From Candidatus Omnitrophota bacterium (GTDB lineage: Bacteria > Omnitrophota > Gorgyraeia > Gygaellales > Profunditerraquicolaceae): DNA of 59,912 nt. The stretch lies in the NCBI GenBank assembly GCA_043797735.1, contig JAZDPH010000057.1, forward strand, positions 1-59,912, read 5' to 3'. The position numbers were made by a program, and so were the translations under genes. Position 1 is the first letter of the stretch. Each line of letters opens with the position of its first letter. Positions 54,801 through 57,800 of the stretch are shown here, one piece after another. The notes beneath the pieces are model-generated. The model saw only the letters and a program-made list of their open reading frames with translations, had not been told where the DNA came from and did no database searches.

Positions 54801-57800
54801 ACGACTACCTTAAGCCCCTTCAGAAGGCCGGGTTTTGAATCTTTACTATCCAGCGGCGAACCGGACTGACGTAGTAGATCGCTCAACTGGCCTAAGCTCT
54901 CAATAACCAAGTCAAAAGGCTCGGCCCTAACCGTGCCATCATCCCGGCTTTCTGCCTTGAATAACTCCCTGGCCTTTTCCAGCTTGCTTTCTCTTTCTCT
55001 ATCCGCCGCCGCGAACATCGCCAGCCGCACACCCTTAATGGCTTTTCTCAACCCGACAATTACCCTCGGCGCGTCATCCACTATTAAAACTTCATCCGCT
55101 GAAAACCCATTATCCTCTATTATCCGAGCCATAGCCTCTATTTTGGCGCTTACCCCATTAGTTTTCTTGCCCTCTTCTTCATTAAGACAAAACCTTATCT
55201 CCTCAAAATATCTCTCCAGCTCGAAACGTTTTAATATAGCTCCCTTGCTTTCATCCGAGGCAGAAACTATAAAAAGAGGTACTGCCAAACTTAACTCTTC
55301 AATCGCCTCTATCGCTTGCGGAGTCAATAAAGATGCGGCTGAATCGGAAAGCAAGATTCCTTCTATCCACTTGTTTCTTAACTCCTCATAGGCCTTTATG
55401 TATGCCCCAACGGCCCTGAGCCCTTTTCCGCCCTGCCTTTCTATATGTTTGATTACCTCCGGCAACATTTCTCTGGTAGGCGTACCCAAGATATTCGCAA
55501 GGAATTCATCTATCCACTCTTCAAAACTACCAATCTCAAGCCCAGCCTCCTCCAACATCGTATGGATTATTTCCCTTAACGCAGCCCGACAAACAGGCAC
55601 TGTCTCCGCGATTACCCCCTCCAGATCACATATAACCATCTTAATCCCGCGCAAGGCAATAGAAACCGGCGAGCTGGATTTGTTTCTTAACGCACTACTG
55701 CATAATAAGAGCTTATTATACGCTGATTCTGACAATATAGATAATTTACAGAATGTTCCGTCAGTATATTGTGACCAAGGAATATCGAATTCTAGCGCGT
55801 GCCCGAACCGTTTTTCCATATACTGCGCTGCCTCATCAGTCAAAAAAAGAATTAACTGTTTGCTTGAAACATCGTAGTCTAAAGAGACAAAAGGGGCTTT
55901 ATCTAATTCGATATTAAGCTTATCTAAAAAACAAGACCCTGTAAATCCGGATAAAACATACTTATTATCCGAAAGCGGCATTAGCGGTATCCCAAAAGTG
56001 ATTGTTCCTCCTGTATGGTCCGGGAACTGAAAGACTAATCTGTTGTTTCTATAATTTAAACTCACTTCTAAACTGTAAGGGCCAATTGACGCAACCTCGT
56101 TTACCCACCAGAGGTAAGCGGGAAGTCGATCAAAAAACTCACTGATAACAATATATTTATTAAGGCCTGGCCTTGGTAATTCTATTTTCTCTTTTTCACA
56201 CTCTGACTCAGATATCAGCTTCCATTTACAAGCTCTAGCATCAGATACAATAGAGTAGCGTATATCTTGGAGAAATAATTCCTGACTATGATAACCCAAA
56301 TGTTTTTCAAGAGCTTCTTTTGCTTCATCTGTAAATATTAGAATATACTGCTCTAAAGATTGATTCCAAAATAACCCGACAAACGGCGGATTCAGCACAG
56401 TTACATCATATCTGAATATACAGTTATCACTTTTAAAAGAAATAACATAACCTTTTTGTTTTCTATTGTAGATAAGGGGTATAGACAGATATTTACCGTT
56501 GGTGAAATTAAACCTTAAGTAATCCGAGCCAAGAGACGCTCGCATGCTATATCCTCCTCTGAGCTCTGCAACTTTTGATACATACGGAAGCTGGCTAAAA
56601 ATATTACGGATATAGGTAATAATTTCTTCCCTTGTCTGACGAAGGAGAAAAAAGTCATTTTCTAACCTCAAAACTGATTCATTTTTTAAGAGATGTCTCT
56701 GTTTGAAAAGTAACAGCGTTAACAGATAACTTACGTCCAATGGCAATAGTAGCTTCAAAGCCCATTTTATGAGCATTTCCGAGAGAGTTTCTTTATGAAT
56801 ATTCCCTAAGACGGCTTTGTCAGGAGAATTAAGGCTATATCCGGCATGTGCACAATTGAAGACTTGGCCTTTAATATTTATATACAGCGATAAATTCCTT
56901 GGATTATTATGGTCATCTATATCATCTTCTTTAACCATAGCTTCTCTCCGTTCCAACCGCGTTGCTGCGCCTTGGGCAATGATCTTCCTAATATTAAAAG
57001 CCTGAGGATATTTTGTATATTTTCCCGCGAGGCCATATTTTGCAATTAAATCTTCTGCTACTTGCATACCCCCTACTGGAGGTATACGAATGTTGTATTT
57101 TATAGCAAGCCTTCTGTTCTTTCTTACATATTGTTCTGCAGACGAAACAATTTCTTTGAGATCCTTTCCGCGCCTTCTCATTGCTTCTTCATGTGCCACA
57201 TCAATAGAAAGCCAAATTACTGTGTTAGCAGGGAATAAATCTATCATATTAAGAAGATAGAAGCCATTAGTCACTATATTTACAGTGCCAATATGCTGAC
57301 AGGCAAACCTAAGTAACTCTATAAAGTTAGGATGGGCGGTAGGTTCTCCTCCTTCTAAAAATAAGGCCGGAAAACCGGAGCATTTTTTAACAAAATTTTT
57401 GAAAAGTTCCGGCGGGAAATCTTTATTTGGTTCCTGGTTTATTACGTCTTCTGCCAAGCAAATATTGCAATCTAAAAGACACTTGTGCGTTAATAAAACG
57501 GTTATTAGTTTGGGATCCATGTCAAGCAAGGAACACAGGTAGCTAAAAATGATATGTTCTTTTTGAGGGGAATTTAAAACTTCTTCAAGAGCCAACAGTC
57601 CATTATGCCCTGTAGGTAAATTATTAAGAAAAAGTTGCTTGCACTCATCATTGTTCCCTCTACCGTTCGACGCGCGCGACTTCAACGGCGAGGCGGAAGA
57701 ACGAACAGGCTCAGCTATCGAGCTGCTGCTGCCGGGAATACCTTTATTATCTAAAAAGTATTCTTGGAACAAGTTCGGCCATTCTGTTAAACCAAGCCCC

